Below, piece by piece: positions 19,766 through 30,202 of a stretch of DNA of 64,000 bases. The notes below the pieces were generated by a model that had not been told where the DNA came from, did not search any database, and saw only the letters and a list, made by a program, of their open reading frames with translations. Position numbers and translations under genes: made by a program. The stretch is from NCBI GenBank assembly GCA_044226625.1, contig JBGAGQ010000002.1, forward strand, positions 160,001 to 224,000. The letters run 5' to 3'. Each line of letters begins with the position of its first letter. Within the stretch, counting starts at the first letter, position 1. Source of the stretch: Thermoanaerobaculia bacterium (GTDB taxonomy: Bacteria > Acidobacteriota > Thermoanaerobaculia > Multivoradales > UBA5704).

Positions 19766-22642
19766 ATGGGTCCGCACCCGTCCCGCCGCGGCTTCCTGCG
19801 GTTGCTCGCCGCCCTCGGCGCGTTCGCAATCACCACGGCGTTCGCGATGGCTCCCGATCGCTCGTCCCCGTCGCTCCGGCCCCCTTCTCGCTCGGCTTCG
19901 CCCCCCTCCTATACCCTGTTCGAAAGCGGCCAGGTCCGTCCGCTCGCGATCTCCCCGGACCGGCGACACCTCTTCGCCACGAACACCCCCGACAATCGCC
20001 TCGAGATTTTCCGCATCCGAGCCGGCGGATTGCTCCACGTCGCCTCGATTCCCGTCGGCCTCGAACCGGTCGCCGTCGCTGTCCGCTCGAACCGCGAGGT
20101 GTGGGTGGTGAACCATCTCTCTGACAGTGTGAGTGTCGTCGAGCTCGAAGAGCAAGGCGGCGAGATTTCCGGCGAGGTCGAGCGCACGCTGCTGGTTGGC
20201 GACGAGCCGCGCGATCTCGTTTTCGCCGGACCCGGGCGGAAGCGAGCTTTCATCACCGCCGCTCACCGCGGGCAGAACCTGCCGTTCGATCCTCAACTGA
20301 CAACGCCGGGCGTCGGACGGGCCGACGTCTGGGTATTCGACGCCGAGAACCTTGGCTCCTCGGTCGGCGGAAGCCCGCTCACCATCGTGACCCTCTTTAC
20401 CGATACCCCGCGCGCCCTGGCTGTGACCCCCGACGGGTCGCGCGTCTACGCCGCGGGATTCCACAGCGGCAATCGAACCACCATCGTTGCCGAGGCGACG
20501 CTGCCCGACGGGTTCGGTCCCGACGGCGCCGCCGGACCGACGACCAACTTCGAAGGGCGCCCCGCGCCCGAGATTGGAGCCATCGTCCGTTGGAACGGCT
20601 CCCATTGGGTGGACACCTTGGGGCGTCCGCGCGATGCCTACGTTCGGTTCTCGCTACCGGACAAGGACGTTTTCGCGATCGACGCCATGAGCCATCCGCC
20701 GCGGCAGCTCTCCGGTCCGGCCGGTTCTTTCCAGGGCGTCGGCACGATCCTGTACACGATGGCCGTCAACCCCGCGAGCGGCAAGATCTACGTGGCCAAC
20801 ACCGAGGCGAACAACCTCGACCGGTTCGAGGGGCCCGGAACCTTCGCCGGCCATAGCCTTCGCGGCCACCTCCACGAGAGCCGGATCACCGTGCTCACCC
20901 CCGGGGCGGGCGGCGCAGCCGTCGCTCCCCGGCACCTCAACAAACACCTCGACTTCAGCCATTGCTGCGCGCCGAGCCCGAACGCCGAAAGCGCGAAGTC
21001 TCTCGCCTTCCCGCAAGGCATGGCGGTGACCGCGAACGGTAAGACCCTCTACGTCGCCGCACTCGGCTCCGACGAGGTCGGCGTCTTCTCGACCGCGGAG
21101 CTCGAGAACGACACCTTCGTTCCCAGCGCGGCCAGTCACATCGCGGTGAGCGGCGGCGGACCGACCGGCCTGGTTCTCGACGAGGAGCGCGGCCAGCTCT
21201 ATGTCCTCACCCGGTTCGACGACGGCATCTCCGTCCTCGACACTCGGTCGCGCGTCGAGACCGCGCACGTTCTGATGCACAACCCCGAGCCCTCGACGGT
21301 CGTCGCGGGCCGGAGATTCCTCTACGACGCGCGGCTCTCATCCAGCCACGGCGACTCGGCCTGCGCGAGCTGCCACGTTTTCGGCGACTTCGACAGCTTG
21401 GCGTGGGATCTCGGCAATCCGGACGAGCGGGTGACCGACAACCCGGGGCCTTTCATCAGCGAGTTGCTCAACCTCGTCACCGGCCAGCCGATGGAACCGA
21501 TTTTCCATCCGATGAAGGGACCCATGGCCACCCAGAGCCTGCGCGGCATGGCGAACCACGGTTCGATGCATTGGCGCGGCGACCGCACCGGGGGCAACGA
21601 CGCCCCGAGCACGCAGCCGGACGGTGGCACGTTCGACGAGCGCGCGGCGTTCGCACGGTTCAACGGCGCGTTCCCCGATCTGCTCGGGCGAAGCTCGGTC
21701 CTCACCCAGGCGGAGATCAAGGCGTTCACCGACTTCGTCCTCCAGATCAGCTACCCACCGAATCCCAACCGGCGCATCGACAACGTGCTGACGCCGGACC
21801 AGGATGTCGGACGGCAGCTTTTCGACACCGTCAATTGCGGCATTCCCTCGGCTCCCGAGCTCAACGGCGCCGTCCTCACCTGCGCGAGCTGTCACACGAT
21901 CGACCCGAACGCAAATCCCAGCTCTTCGGCGCCCGGGCTGTTCGGGAGCTCCGGTCTCACGAGCTTCGATTTCAGCCCACAGCTGTTCAAAGCGCCCCAC
22001 CTGCGGAATCTCTACCAAAAGGTCGGAATGTTCGGGAACCCGGAGAATCCCGGCTTTTTAGGCGGCGACAACGGTTTCAAGGGAGATCAGGTGCGCGGCT
22101 TCGGATTCTTGAACGACGGCAACGTCGACACAGTCTTCCGTTTCGTCCACGGGATCAGCTTCTCCGAGGTCGCGAACGGACCGGGCAGCAACAGCATCCC
22201 GGAGGGTCCCGCGGGCGAGATCCAAAGACGACAGCTCGAGGCGTTCATCCTCGCGTTCCCAACCAACCTCGCGCCCGCCGTCGGTCAGCAGGTGACGCTC
22301 CGTGGCTCGGGCTCCCAGGCGTCTGCGCTCGCCCGGATCGAGACTCTCCGCCAGCGGGCGGAGGCGGGAGAATGCGAGCTGATCGCCAAGGCGACGCTCG
22401 ACGACGAGCTCGGCTTCCTCTACGTAGGATCGGGCCGGTACGCCACCGACCGGCGCGCCTTGCCGCCGCTTCCCGGTTCCGCCCTGAGAGCGTTGGCGGA
22501 GACCGGCCGGGCGGTGACCTACACCTGCGTGCCGCCCGGCTCCGGTACGCGCCTTGGGGTCGACCGTGACGGCGACGGCGCCTGGGACGGCGACGAGCGC
22601 CGCGCCCATTCCGATCCCGAAGATCCGAGCAGCCGTCCGTAA
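19766..22642 (+). CDS. secreted YVTN/YncE beta-propeller fused to a di-haem cytochrome c (peroxidase-like) domain
   Basis: Propeller repeats (VGLEPVAV, WVVNHLSDSVS), two CASCH haem motifs, PHLRN, C-terminal DRDGDG Ca-type loop, signal peptide. Confidence 0.8.
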   Translation: MGPHPSRRGFLRLLAALGAFAITTAFAMAPDRSSPSLRPPSRSASPPSYTLFESGQVRPLAISPDRRHLFATNTPDNRLEIFRIRAGGLLHVASIPVGLEPVAVAVRSNREVWVVNHLSDSVSVVELEEQGGEISGEVERTLLVGDEPRDLVFAGPGRKRAFITAAHRGQNLPFDPQLTTPGVGRADVWVFDAENLGSSVGGSPLTIVTLFTDTPRALAVTPDGSRVYAAGFHSGNRTTIVAEATLPDGFGPDGAAGPTTNFEGRPAPEIGAIVRWNGSHWVDTLGRPRDAYVRFSLPDKDVFAIDAMSHPPRQLSGPAGSFQGVGTILYTMAVNPASGKIYVANTEANNLDRFEGPGTFAGHSLRGHLHESRITVLTPGAGGAAVAPRHLNKHLDFSHCCAPSPNAESAKSLAFPQGMAVTANGKTLYVAALGSDEVGVFSTAELENDTFVPSAASHIAVSGGGPTGLVLDEERGQLYVLTRFDDGISVLDTRSRVETAHVLMHNPEPSTVVAGRRFLYDARLSSSHGDSACASCHVFGDFDSLAWDLGNPDERVTDNPGPFISELLNLVTGQPMEPIFHPMKGPMATQSLRGMANHGSMHWRGDRTGGNDAPSTQPDGGTFDERAAFARFNGAFPDLLGRSSVLTQAEIKAFTDFVLQISYPPNPNRRIDNVLTPDQDVGRQLFDTVNCGIPSAPELNGAVLTCASCHTIDPNANPSSSAPGLFGSSGLTSFDFSPQLFKAPHLRNLYQKVGMFGNPENPGFLGGDNGFKGDQVRGFGFLNDGNVDTVFRFVHGISFSEVANGPGSNSIPEGPAGEIQRRQLEAFILAFPTNLAPAVGQQVTLRGSGSQASALARIETLRQRAEAGECELIAKATLDDELGFLYVGSGRYATDRRALPPLPGSALRALAETGRAVTYTCVPPGSGTRLGVDRDGDGAWDGDERRAHSDPEDPSSRP

Positions 22643-22716
22643 GAGAGCGTCCCGACGAGGAGATCCCGGCTCACACCTGCCGGGTTCTCCTCGCCTTCCT
22701 GTCTAGCTCGAATCCC

Positions 22717-24417
22717 CTACTTCAACGCCTGCGAAAGCACCCGGCCTTCGCAGCCGCTCGGCTGCAGGATGCCGAGCAGATCCGAAAGCGTCGGCGCGAT
22801 GTCGAGCGTCGAGACGCGCTCGGTGTAGCGACCCGCCTTGATCCCCGCGCCCGCGAGCAGGAGCGGCACCGAGGTGTCGTAGGCATACGGCGTGCCGTGC
22901 GTCGCGCCGGTCGATCGACCGGGGACCCAATAGGGATCGGAGACCATCACCAGCTCGCCGCTCACCTTCGGGTGGAAGCTTCGCGCGATGCGACGCGAGA
23001 TGTCGTTGTCGAGCATCTGGCCGTCGAGTAGCTGACTGCGGGTGAAGACGGCGTAGATACCGGGCTGCTGGCGCAGGTAATCCGCCGCGACGTCTTCTGC
23101 GCGGGTGTAGCTCACCTTCTTGCCAGTGATGGTCTGCAGGTTGAGATAGACGTTGTCGTCGACGATCGCTTGGACCCAATCGCCAGGGCCGAGCTCCGTC
23201 GTCATCGCCTTCTCCAATCCGTCCTCGGCGATCTGCGTCGTACCGGCACCAAACCCGGCTTTCTGGAGCTCGGCGACGATCGGCGCGACGCCGTGATCGG
23301 CGGTGACCACGATCGTCACGTTCGCGAGCCCCCCCGGGACCATCTTGCCGAGAGCGTTGAAGAAGCGGCTGAGCGCCGCGTCGGTTTGCACCGTGATGTC
23401 CAGCACCTCGGCGCTGTCAGGGCCGAAGCTATGGCCGACGTAATCGTTGCTGGACAGGTTGATCGCCAGGAGGTCGGATGCCCCGTCCTGCCCGAGCTTC
23501 TCTTGCCGCACGATTTCCGTCGCCGTGTCGAGGGTGTAGCCATTGGCGAACGGCGTGCTCGTAAAGGCGCTGTAAAAGGCCGGACCCGGTTGTTCCAGCC
23601 CTCCCGTCACGGGATGAGGGAACGTCGCGCCGAGGCCGGGGCGCGGTCCCACCGAGCCGTTGGCCGGCGTCCAGAGCCGCTTCAGCTTCTCCGGAGCGAC
23701 CGACAGCTCCCAGTTCTTGCCAAAGAAGGCGTCGACCTTCTTCGCCTCGTTCCAGGTGGTGACCCAGGCGGGCAGGGTGCCGTCCGGCCGGTAGTAACGG
23801 CTGGAGATCCAGGCCCCCGTCTTGTCGTCGAACCAGAGGACGCCGTCGGCGAGATGTCCCGCCATCAACACGGCGGCGCGGTCCTTGAGGGCGACCGCCC
23901 AGACCTTCGACGCCGCGACGGGATCTCGGCCGTTCGCCATCTTAAGCTCGTCCCCGACCGTGCTCACCCGCAAGGTTGCCGGCGAGACGCCGTTGGTTCC
24001 GTTCGGATCGTCGGCCCCGACGAGAGGGCTCGTCGTGTCCCGTACGCAATACCGCTCGCCAGGGGTCTTGAGGCCGCGATCGAACCAATCGTTCGCAATG
24101 ATCCCCGACTTATAGGGCGGGGCGCCGGTCAAATGCACCGAATGCCCCACGCCGGTCACGAGCGGGAAATGATCGTGGTGGGCGTCGGTGTGGTACGCGC
24201 CCTTTTCCATCAGATAGCGGAAGCCCCCTACCGTTCCGCCCTTCGCGGCGACCGCCGGCAGGAAGAGATCGTCGAACCGCATCAGGTAGTCGGCCCGGAA
24301 CTGGTCGATCGAGAGGACCACCACCAGCTTCGGACGAACCGGCGCGGCCGAAGCGGCCGTGACGAAGACGAGGAAACTAAAGACCGCGAGCGCGATCGGG
24401 CGAAGCGTGCGAGTCAT
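22717..24417 (-). CDS. alkaline phosphatase family protein (PafA-like)
   Basis: SIDQFRADY, TGVGH (Thr nucleophile), KDRAA, DYVGH, TADHG, HGTPYAYD; signal peptide. Confidence 0.87.
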   Translation of the reverse strand: MTRTLRPIALAVFSFLVFVTAASAAPVRPKLVVVLSIDQFRADYLMRFDDLFLPAVAAKGGTVGGFRYLMEKGAYHTDAHHDHFPLVTGVGHSVHLTGAPPYKSGIIANDWFDRGLKTPGERYCVRDTTSPLVGADDPNGTNGVSPATLRVSTVGDELKMANGRDPVAASKVWAVALKDRAAVLMAGHLADGVLWFDDKTGAWISSRYYRPDGTLPAWVTTWNEAKKVDAFFGKNWELSVAPEKLKRLWTPANGSVGPRPGLGATFPHPVTGGLEQPGPAFYSAFTSTPFANGYTLDTATEIVRQEKLGQDGASDLLAINLSSNDYVGHSFGPDSAEVLDITVQTDAALSRFFNALGKMVPGGLANVTIVVTADHGVAPIVAELQKAGFGAGTTQIAEDGLEKAMTTELGPGDWVQAIVDDNVYLNLQTITGKKVSYTRAEDVAADYLRQQPGIYAVFTRSQLLDGQMLDNDISRRIARSFHPKVSGELVMVSDPYWVPGRSTGATHGTPYAYDTSVPLLLAGAGIKAGRYTERVSTLDIAPTLSDLLGILQPSGCEGRVLSQALK

Positions 24418-24544
24418 GGAACCCTCCAGAGGTAGGAAACGACCCCGAAAGGCTAGCATGCGAGACGGCACCCTTCGAGAGCCGGACCCGCGTAAGGTAG
24501 CCGGTCCGGCACCCTCCAAACGGGAGAGGTGCCGGACTCCTTTT

Positions 24545-25765
24545 TCAGAGCGAGCTCAGGAACGCCATCAACTGGTTCTTCTGCAGAATCGGCAGCGTCC
24601 GATACCGCGCAGCTGCGGCCGAAGCTTGGCCGGCGTGGCGGAGGATCGCGTCGTTCCGGGTAAAGGAGAGGCCGTCGTGCATCAGGCGGTCGCGCGTCCG
24701 CAAGCCCCAGAGCGGCGCGGTCCGGACCATGTTGCGCGTCTGCGGCCCTCCGTTCTGAACGATCCCGTCGCCGGTGCCGACATCGTGGAGAAGGAAATCG
24801 CCGAAGGGATGAAAGACCTTGTCGCCCAAGGCGGGCGGAATCACGAAGGTTCCGCCATTGATCGGCGTTCCCGCTGGGGCCGTGGTGAGGTCCGGACGAT
24901 GGCAGCCGGCGCAGCCGATCGCCGCGAAGACCCCCCGGCCGGCGATCGCATCCGGTCGGGAGGCGAGCGCCGCGTCGCGCGGCGGCACCTTCGTCGCCCG
25001 CATGAAGCGGGTGAAGATCTCGACGTCCTCCCCGAACGGCTCGTCGGGCGTCGCCGCCTCTTCCGGATCGGGAACGCTGTCGAATTCCGCGAGCGAGCGG
25101 CCGCCGGAGGTGTTCTCGGTGGGTTGGAGCGGACTGGTGATCCCCATCTCGTTCAAGTAGGCGTCGGAAGAGAACGACAGCAGGCTCGCGTGCTGGTTCT
25201 TCCAACCGAAGCGACCGACTCGGACGACACCGGGCGCTTCGAGCACCGGCACGCGGAGGACGGTGCCGCGCTGCTGCGGCGGCTGGCTCGCCCGGATCGC
25301 CTCGAAGGTCGAGTCCGCCACCGCTTCGACGAATCCGTCACCGAGCGTCGAGAGCGAGGTGCGGAACGTCCGAACGTTGTCCTCCCCCGCCGCCCGTTCC
25401 TGGATGCTCGCGTCGATCGCCCGATCGTTGATCAACGAGCCACCCGGAGGATCGCTGTAAACCGAGCCGTTGTAGCGGCCGACTCGAAGCTCGGTGATCT
25501 GGCTTCCCGAACCGGACACCGGGCTCTGATGGCACTCCGAACAGGCCTGGGCGTTGTAGACCGGCCCGAGGCCGTCGGCGATGACCTCGCGCGCTTCGAA
25601 CACCTGCCGGTCGAGGTCGAACTGCGTCTGCGAGACCAGACCGTTGGTCTGATCGTCAAAGCCCGCCGGGGCCTCGACGAAGACCCGCGTGGCGGCGAAC
25701 AGGATCGGCGACGAGAGCACCAGCGACCATAGAGCACCTCGGACGACGCGGCTCTTTCTCGGCAT
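24545..25765 (-). CDS. di-haem oxidoreductase family protein (DUF1111)
   Basis: GLGPVYNAQACSECH, GRFGWK, CAGCH, DFLLHD, RTAPLWGL, MHDG. Confidence 0.85.
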   Translation of the reverse strand: MPRKSRVVRGALWSLVLSSPILFAATRVFVEAPAGFDDQTNGLVSQTQFDLDRQVFEAREVIADGLGPVYNAQACSECHQSPVSGSGSQITELRVGRYNGSVYSDPPGGSLINDRAIDASIQERAAGEDNVRTFRTSLSTLGDGFVEAVADSTFEAIRASQPPQQRGTVLRVPVLEAPGVVRVGRFGWKNQHASLLSFSSDAYLNEMGITSPLQPTENTSGGRSLAEFDSVPDPEEAATPDEPFGEDVEIFTRFMRATKVPPRDAALASRPDAIAGRGVFAAIGCAGCHRPDLTTAPAGTPINGGTFVIPPALGDKVFHPFGDFLLHDVGTGDGIVQNGGPQTRNMVRTAPLWGLRTRDRLMHDGLSFTRNDAILRHAGQASAAAARYRTLPILQKNQLMAFLSSL

Positions 25766-25905
25766 CGAGATCTCCTCAAAATACGAAGGGCGAGCGACGA
25801 AGCTCGCGGATTTTGAGGAGGAACACCCGACGAGAGGAGTTCCTGCGGAGGAATTCTTGAATTTGGTCAGGGAAGAATGGAGCCCTTCCAAGCCCAGCCT
25901 TGCCC

Positions 25906-28368
25906 TCACAAGAGCTGCTGGGGATCGACGTCGACGATCAGATCCCCGGCGAACGCGATCTGGCCGAGGACGTCCGCAAGCACCGTATGCAGATCGCGCA
26001 GCGACGCAGAGCGCAGGAGGAGCTGGAAGCGCCACTCCCCGCGTAGGCGTTCGAACGGCGCGGGAGCCGGGCCGGTGCGGCGGATCGAAGCCGCCTTCGC
26101 GTGGTTGCTCACCCGGTTGGAGAGCTCGGCGAGGCGGTCGTGGGCGCGCTCCCGGTTGCGGTCCTCGGCAAGGATCTGTACCAGTCGCGAATACGGCGGA
26201 TAGCGAAAGGCGCGACGAAAGCGGAGCTCCTCGCGCACGAACCCTTCGTCATCCCCACGAAGAGCGGCCTGGATCGCGTAGTGCTCGGGATGGTACGTCT
26301 GGTAGATCACCTTGCCCGGGCGGTCGCCCCGTCCTGCGCGTCCAGCGAGCTGGACCAGCAGGTTGTAGGTCCGCTCCACCGCGCGAAAATCGGGGAAACC
26401 GAGATAGCTGTCGGCGGCGAGCACCGCGGTTAAAGAGACGTTCGGGAAATGGTGCCCTTTGGAGACCATTTGCGTCCCGATCAGAACCTGTGATTCGCCG
26501 CGCGAGAACCGCTCGAGCAGCGCGGCCGGTCCTCCCGGACGGCGCGCGGTATCGCGGTCGAGCACGGCGACCTCGACGCCGGGGAAGAGATCGGAAAACA
26601 TCTCTTCGACCCTCTCGGTGCCGGCACCGATCGGTTCGAGCGCGGCCTCGGAGCAGATCGGACAGGTCGCGGGCACCGGCCGCATCGAACCGCAGTAGTG
26701 GCAGATCAGCTCGCGGTCGCGCAGGTGGAGCGTCCGCGGCAGACCGCAGTCGTCGCAACGGAAGTCCTCGCCGCAGGCCCGACAGAGGAGCATCGGCGAG
26801 TAGCCGCGACGGTTGCGCAGGAGGATCGCCTGCTCGCCGCGCCCGAGCGCCTCGGCGATCTCGGTTTTCAGGCGCTCCGAGAAATGGATCTCGCCCGGCA
26901 CGCGTCGCGGCGCCTCCGTGCGGAGGTCGACCAGGATTCCCTCCGGCAGGCTCCCCTGCCCCGCGCGCGCCGAGAGCCGGAGCGGCGTGAGCTTGCCCTG
27001 CTCGGCGTTCCACCGGCTCTCGAGGCTCGGCGTCGCCGAGACCAGGAGCGCCGTCGCGCCCGCCGCGCGCGCCCGGACCAGCGCGAGATCGCGCCCCTGA
27101 TAGCGCGGCGCGAGCTCCTGCTTGTAGGCGGGATCCTGCTCTTCGTCGACGACGATCAGCCCCAGGCGCGCAACCGGCGCGAACAGCGCCGACCGGGGTC
27201 CGAGCACTACCCGCGCTTCGCCGCGCCGCACGCGCTCCCATTCCTGATGGCGCTCGCCCGGGCCGAGCCCCGAATGCAGGATCGCGAGATCCGCGCCGAA
27301 TCGGCGTTCGACCTCGCGCGCGAGCGCAGGAACCAACGCGATCTCCGGGACGAGAAGGATCGCCGACCTGCCGGCGGCGAGCGCCGCCTCGGCCGCCCGC
27401 AGATAAACCTCGGTCTTCCCCGCGCCGGTCATACCGACCAGGAGAAAGGGCGCGTATCCGCCGGCCGAGATCGCTCCTTCGAGTGCCGCCACCGCCGTGG
27501 CTTGGTCCGTACGCAGCTCGAAGGGAGCCGTTTCCCGCTCGCCCAGCATGTGCCGGTCGAGCGCCAGCCGCTCGACCTGTGTGAACTTGCGCACCAGCCC
27601 TAGATCGGCCAGCCGCTTCAGGACCGCCGGGCTCGCCTCGGCGAGCGCCGCCAGCTCGGCCGTGGTCGCCGGCCGGCCGATCGCCGCGAGATACTCGATC
27701 GCCGCCTTGCCCGGCGCCGACCGCCCGCATGCCTTGAGCTGGTCTTCTTTCGAGCCAGGGGCGAGCTCGTAGGCCGTCACGTAGCGGGCTCCACGGGCCG
27801 CACGCTCCTCCGTGGCGATCCAGCCGCGCTCTTCAAGGTCGAGAAGCACGCGGCCGATCGGACGCGCCGGCTCGGGGGGCATCGATCCCGGCGGCCTCAA
27901 CGCCTCCGGATCCGCGAGGCTCGCCGCGAGCTCGCCGGCGTTCGCCCGGCCGAGATCGCGCAGCGCGTCGAGGAGCCGGCGCTCGTCGGGATCCCGAGGT
28001 GTCGCCAGGGCTCCGGCATCGGTCAGCCAGACCTTCCGGTTGCCCTGCGGGGGAAGGTCACCCGGCACCATTGCGCGGACCACTTCGCCGATCGGCGCGA
28101 AGTAATAGTCGGCAGCGAAGCGAGCGAGGTCGAGCAGATCGGCGGGGACTACCGGCTCGAGATCGACGATCTCTTCGAGGGGCCGGACCTCGAACCCTTC
28201 GGGCCGCCGGTCGTGGACGCCGAGCACCAAGCCGGTCAAACGGCGCTTGCCGACCCGGACCTTGGCGCGGACGCCGGGCTGCGCGACCGGCGCGATCCCG
28301 GAAGGAACTTCGTAGGTGAGGGGGGCCGGCAGCGGGAGCGGAACCGCGATCTCGGCGTACGTCGGCAT
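25906..28368 (-). CDS. priA: primosomal protein N' (PriA)
   Basis: GMTGAGKTEVY, VDEEQD, SATP, NRRGY, four CxxC pairs, GTQMVSKG, GRAGR. Confidence 0.96.
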   Translation of the reverse strand: MPTYAEIAVPLPLPAPLTYEVPSGIAPVAQPGVRAKVRVGKRRLTGLVLGVHDRRPEGFEVRPLEEIVDLEPVVPADLLDLARFAADYYFAPIGEVVRAMVPGDLPPQGNRKVWLTDAGALATPRDPDERRLLDALRDLGRANAGELAASLADPEALRPPGSMPPEPARPIGRVLLDLEERGWIATEERAARGARYVTAYELAPGSKEDQLKACGRSAPGKAAIEYLAAIGRPATTAELAALAEASPAVLKRLADLGLVRKFTQVERLALDRHMLGERETAPFELRTDQATAVAALEGAISAGGYAPFLLVGMTGAGKTEVYLRAAEAALAAGRSAILLVPEIALVPALAREVERRFGADLAILHSGLGPGERHQEWERVRRGEARVVLGPRSALFAPVARLGLIVVDEEQDPAYKQELAPRYQGRDLALVRARAAGATALLVSATPSLESRWNAEQGKLTPLRLSARAGQGSLPEGILVDLRTEAPRRVPGEIHFSERLKTEIAEALGRGEQAILLRNRRGYSPMLLCRACGEDFRCDDCGLPRTLHLRDRELICHYCGSMRPVPATCPICSEAALEPIGAGTERVEEMFSDLFPGVEVAVLDRDTARRPGGPAALLERFSRGESQVLIGTQMVSKGHHFPNVSLTAVLAADSYLGFPDFRAVERTYNLLVQLAGRAGRGDRPGKVIYQTYHPEHYAIQAALRGDDEGFVREELRFRRAFRYPPYSRLVQILAEDRNRERAHDRLAELSNRVSNHAKAASIRRTGPAPAPFERLRGEWRFQLLLRSASLRDLHTVLADVLGQIAFAGDLIVDVDPQQLL

Positions 28369-28374
28369 CCGGCC

Positions 28375-28635
28375 CTAGCTCTCTCCTCCCGGCCGCGGGC
28401 GGCAGACCTCGGAGCAATACGCCCGACCCTCCACGTCGATCACCGCGGCGCGACCGATCGGCACGTGGGTGCCGCACGTGGCGCACCGGATCAAGGTCAT
28501 CGCGGTTGGAGGTCCCGGAGTGCCGGTGGGTTGGCGCGGGGAAGAACGCGGGCTAGGCACCGGCGCGAGCGCGCGCTGGATCCAGGTCCAGACGATCCAA
28601 CCGAGGATCGCAAGCTCGAGCAGCCGCCAGATCAA
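28375..28635 (-). CDS. small membrane-anchored Zn-ribbon protein (PP0621-like)
   Basis: TTG start overlapping the upstream stop; TM helix; CATCGTHVP...YCSEVC. Confidence 0.7.
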   Translation of the reverse strand: MIWRLLELAILGWIVWTWIQRALAPVPSPRSSPRQPTGTPGPPTAMTLIRCATCGTHVPIGRAAVIDVEGRAYCSEVCRPRPGGES

Positions 28636-29306
28636 GCCGCGGCCTTTCGGCGTTTCTCGATCTCGCCGCGCAGCCGGTCGATCTCGGGATTCTGCGGCTG
28701 GGCCGCCTTGAGCTGGTCGAGGACCCGCACCGCCTCGTCGTAACGGCCGAGGTCGAGCCCGAGGACGATCGCCTGGTTGAAACGCGACTGCCAATGGTCG
28801 GGCGCCATCTTCTCCGCTTCGCGGAATCGGGTGAGAGCCTGCTCCGATTCGCCGAGCTCGCGGTGGGTGATGCCGAGATCGGTGAGGAGGTCCGCGTCGG
28901 GTTTGGCGAGCTTGGCGAATTGGAGGTAGAGATCCCGCGCCCGGGTCCAGTTGCCGATGTCGAAATTCAGATTCGCGAGCTTGCGCACCGCGTCGGCGTC
29001 GTCGGGATGCTGATCGACGTACTCCTTGAGCTTCCGGATCTCCTCCATCCCGGGGCCGCCGCTACCGGGCGCGCCCGGAGGCATGCCACCGGCCGTGGGC
29101 GCCGCGGCCGCCGTCTCGGCCGATCCACCGGCGCCGGCTGGGGCAGACAGCGGGGCGGTGGAATCGCCCGAGCCGGTGCTTTCGACCGGCATGCCGGCGA
29201 TTCGGCGCGGCGGCTGCTTGGCGGCGATCGCCTCGAATGCGAGGTAGGCACCGACGAATCCGAGGAGGAAGCCGAACAGCAGAAAGAGCAGATTGTCGCG
29301 ATTCAC
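28632..29306 (-). CDS. membrane-anchored TPR protein
   Basis: N-terminal TM, Ala/Pro/Gly linker, TPR helices (LANLNFD, TDLGITHRELG). Confidence 0.75.
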   Translation of the reverse strand: MNRDNLLFLLFGFLLGFVGAYLAFEAIAAKQPPRRIAGMPVESTGSGDSTAPLSAPAGAGGSAETAAAAPTAGGMPPGAPGSGGPGMEEIRKLKEYVDQHPDDADAVRKLANLNFDIGNWTRARDLYLQFAKLAKPDADLLTDLGITHRELGESEQALTRFREAEKMAPDHWQSRFNQAIVLGLDLGRYDEAVRVLDQLKAAQPQNPEIDRLRGEIEKRRKAAA

Positions 29307-30103
29307 TCGATGTCCTCTTGTTGGATCGTTTCGGTCTCGTCGGCCGGAACCCGCGTACCGGTCCAAGTTCCCGCACCTGTACCTCGCCCGGTCGCGGGGT
29401 CGATCGCCTGCCAGCTGCCTTGCAGTTGACCGCTCGCCCGATCGAAGCCGCCGGACAGCGAGCGCGTCGGCGAGCCGACGATCGCGACCGGCTCGAGCTG
29501 GAGATCGTTGCCCTGGTGGCTGCCGCGGATCGCGACTCTCGTGCCGTCCGGCAAGGTCAGCGTTCCGAACACCACCGCGTCGGCGATCTCAAGCTCGGCC
29601 GTGCCCAGAGGTCCGACGGAGTCGAGCACCAGCCGCCAACGGCCGGCGAGCCCCTCTTCGGTCTTGACCGCCTCGGGGACCCCGAAGGCCGCGGGCGCCA
29701 TGCGCGCCAGCCCCGCGATGCGCCGCAGCCGGTCCAAGACCGCGTCGAGCGCGCGCGTGGTCCGCGCCGCCGCGCGGTCGAGATCCTCCCTCGCCTCGGC
29801 CGCTTCGCGCGCCGCGCGGACGGGTGGTGTCGCTCCCCCCTGTGCGAGCTGGTCGTCGAGACGGGCGGAGAGCTCGTCGACCCGGAGCCGCGCGCCGACC
29901 TCTTGCGTGCGTGCCTCGCGATATGCCGTGAGATCGCCCTCGAGCAGCCGCCTTTCCAGGACGAGTTCGACCTCGATCCTCGCGCGGTCGAAAGTGGGCT
30001 CTGCTCCCTCTTCGGCCCGCGCCACCGAAGGCGCGAAGGCGGGCACGGCGAGGGCGACGATCAGGGCGCTGACCGCGGATCGGACGAGGCGTCGAGTGGG
30101 CAT
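29303..30103 (-). CDS. secreted hypothetical protein (coiled coil plus beta domain)
   Basis: Signal peptide ending ARA; overlaps the downstream gene start. Confidence 0.6.
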   Translation of the reverse strand: MPTRRLVRSAVSALIVALAVPAFAPSVARAEEGAEPTFDRARIEVELVLERRLLEGDLTAYREARTQEVGARLRVDELSARLDDQLAQGGATPPVRAAREAAEAREDLDRAAARTTRALDAVLDRLRRIAGLARMAPAAFGVPEAVKTEEGLAGRWRLVLDSVGPLGTAELEIADAVVFGTLTLPDGTRVAIRGSHQGNDLQLEPVAIVGSPTRSLSGGFDRASGQLQGSWQAIDPATGRGTGAGTWTGTRVPADETETIQQEDIE

Positions 30104-30140
30104 GCCGGATGGATTCTAACGGCAGAACCGGCCGAAACGT

Positions 30141-30171
30141 CGAAGGCCGCTCGAAACTCGAGCGGCCTTCG
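30141..30171 (-). terminator. hairpin downstream of carD
   Basis: CGAAGGCCGCTCGA-AAC-TCGAGCGGCCTTCG, perfect 14-bp stem; only a short U-tract. Confidence 0.55.
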
Positions 30172-30202
30172 GGTGAGACGGAGACGATGCGATCTCGGAA
30201 GG

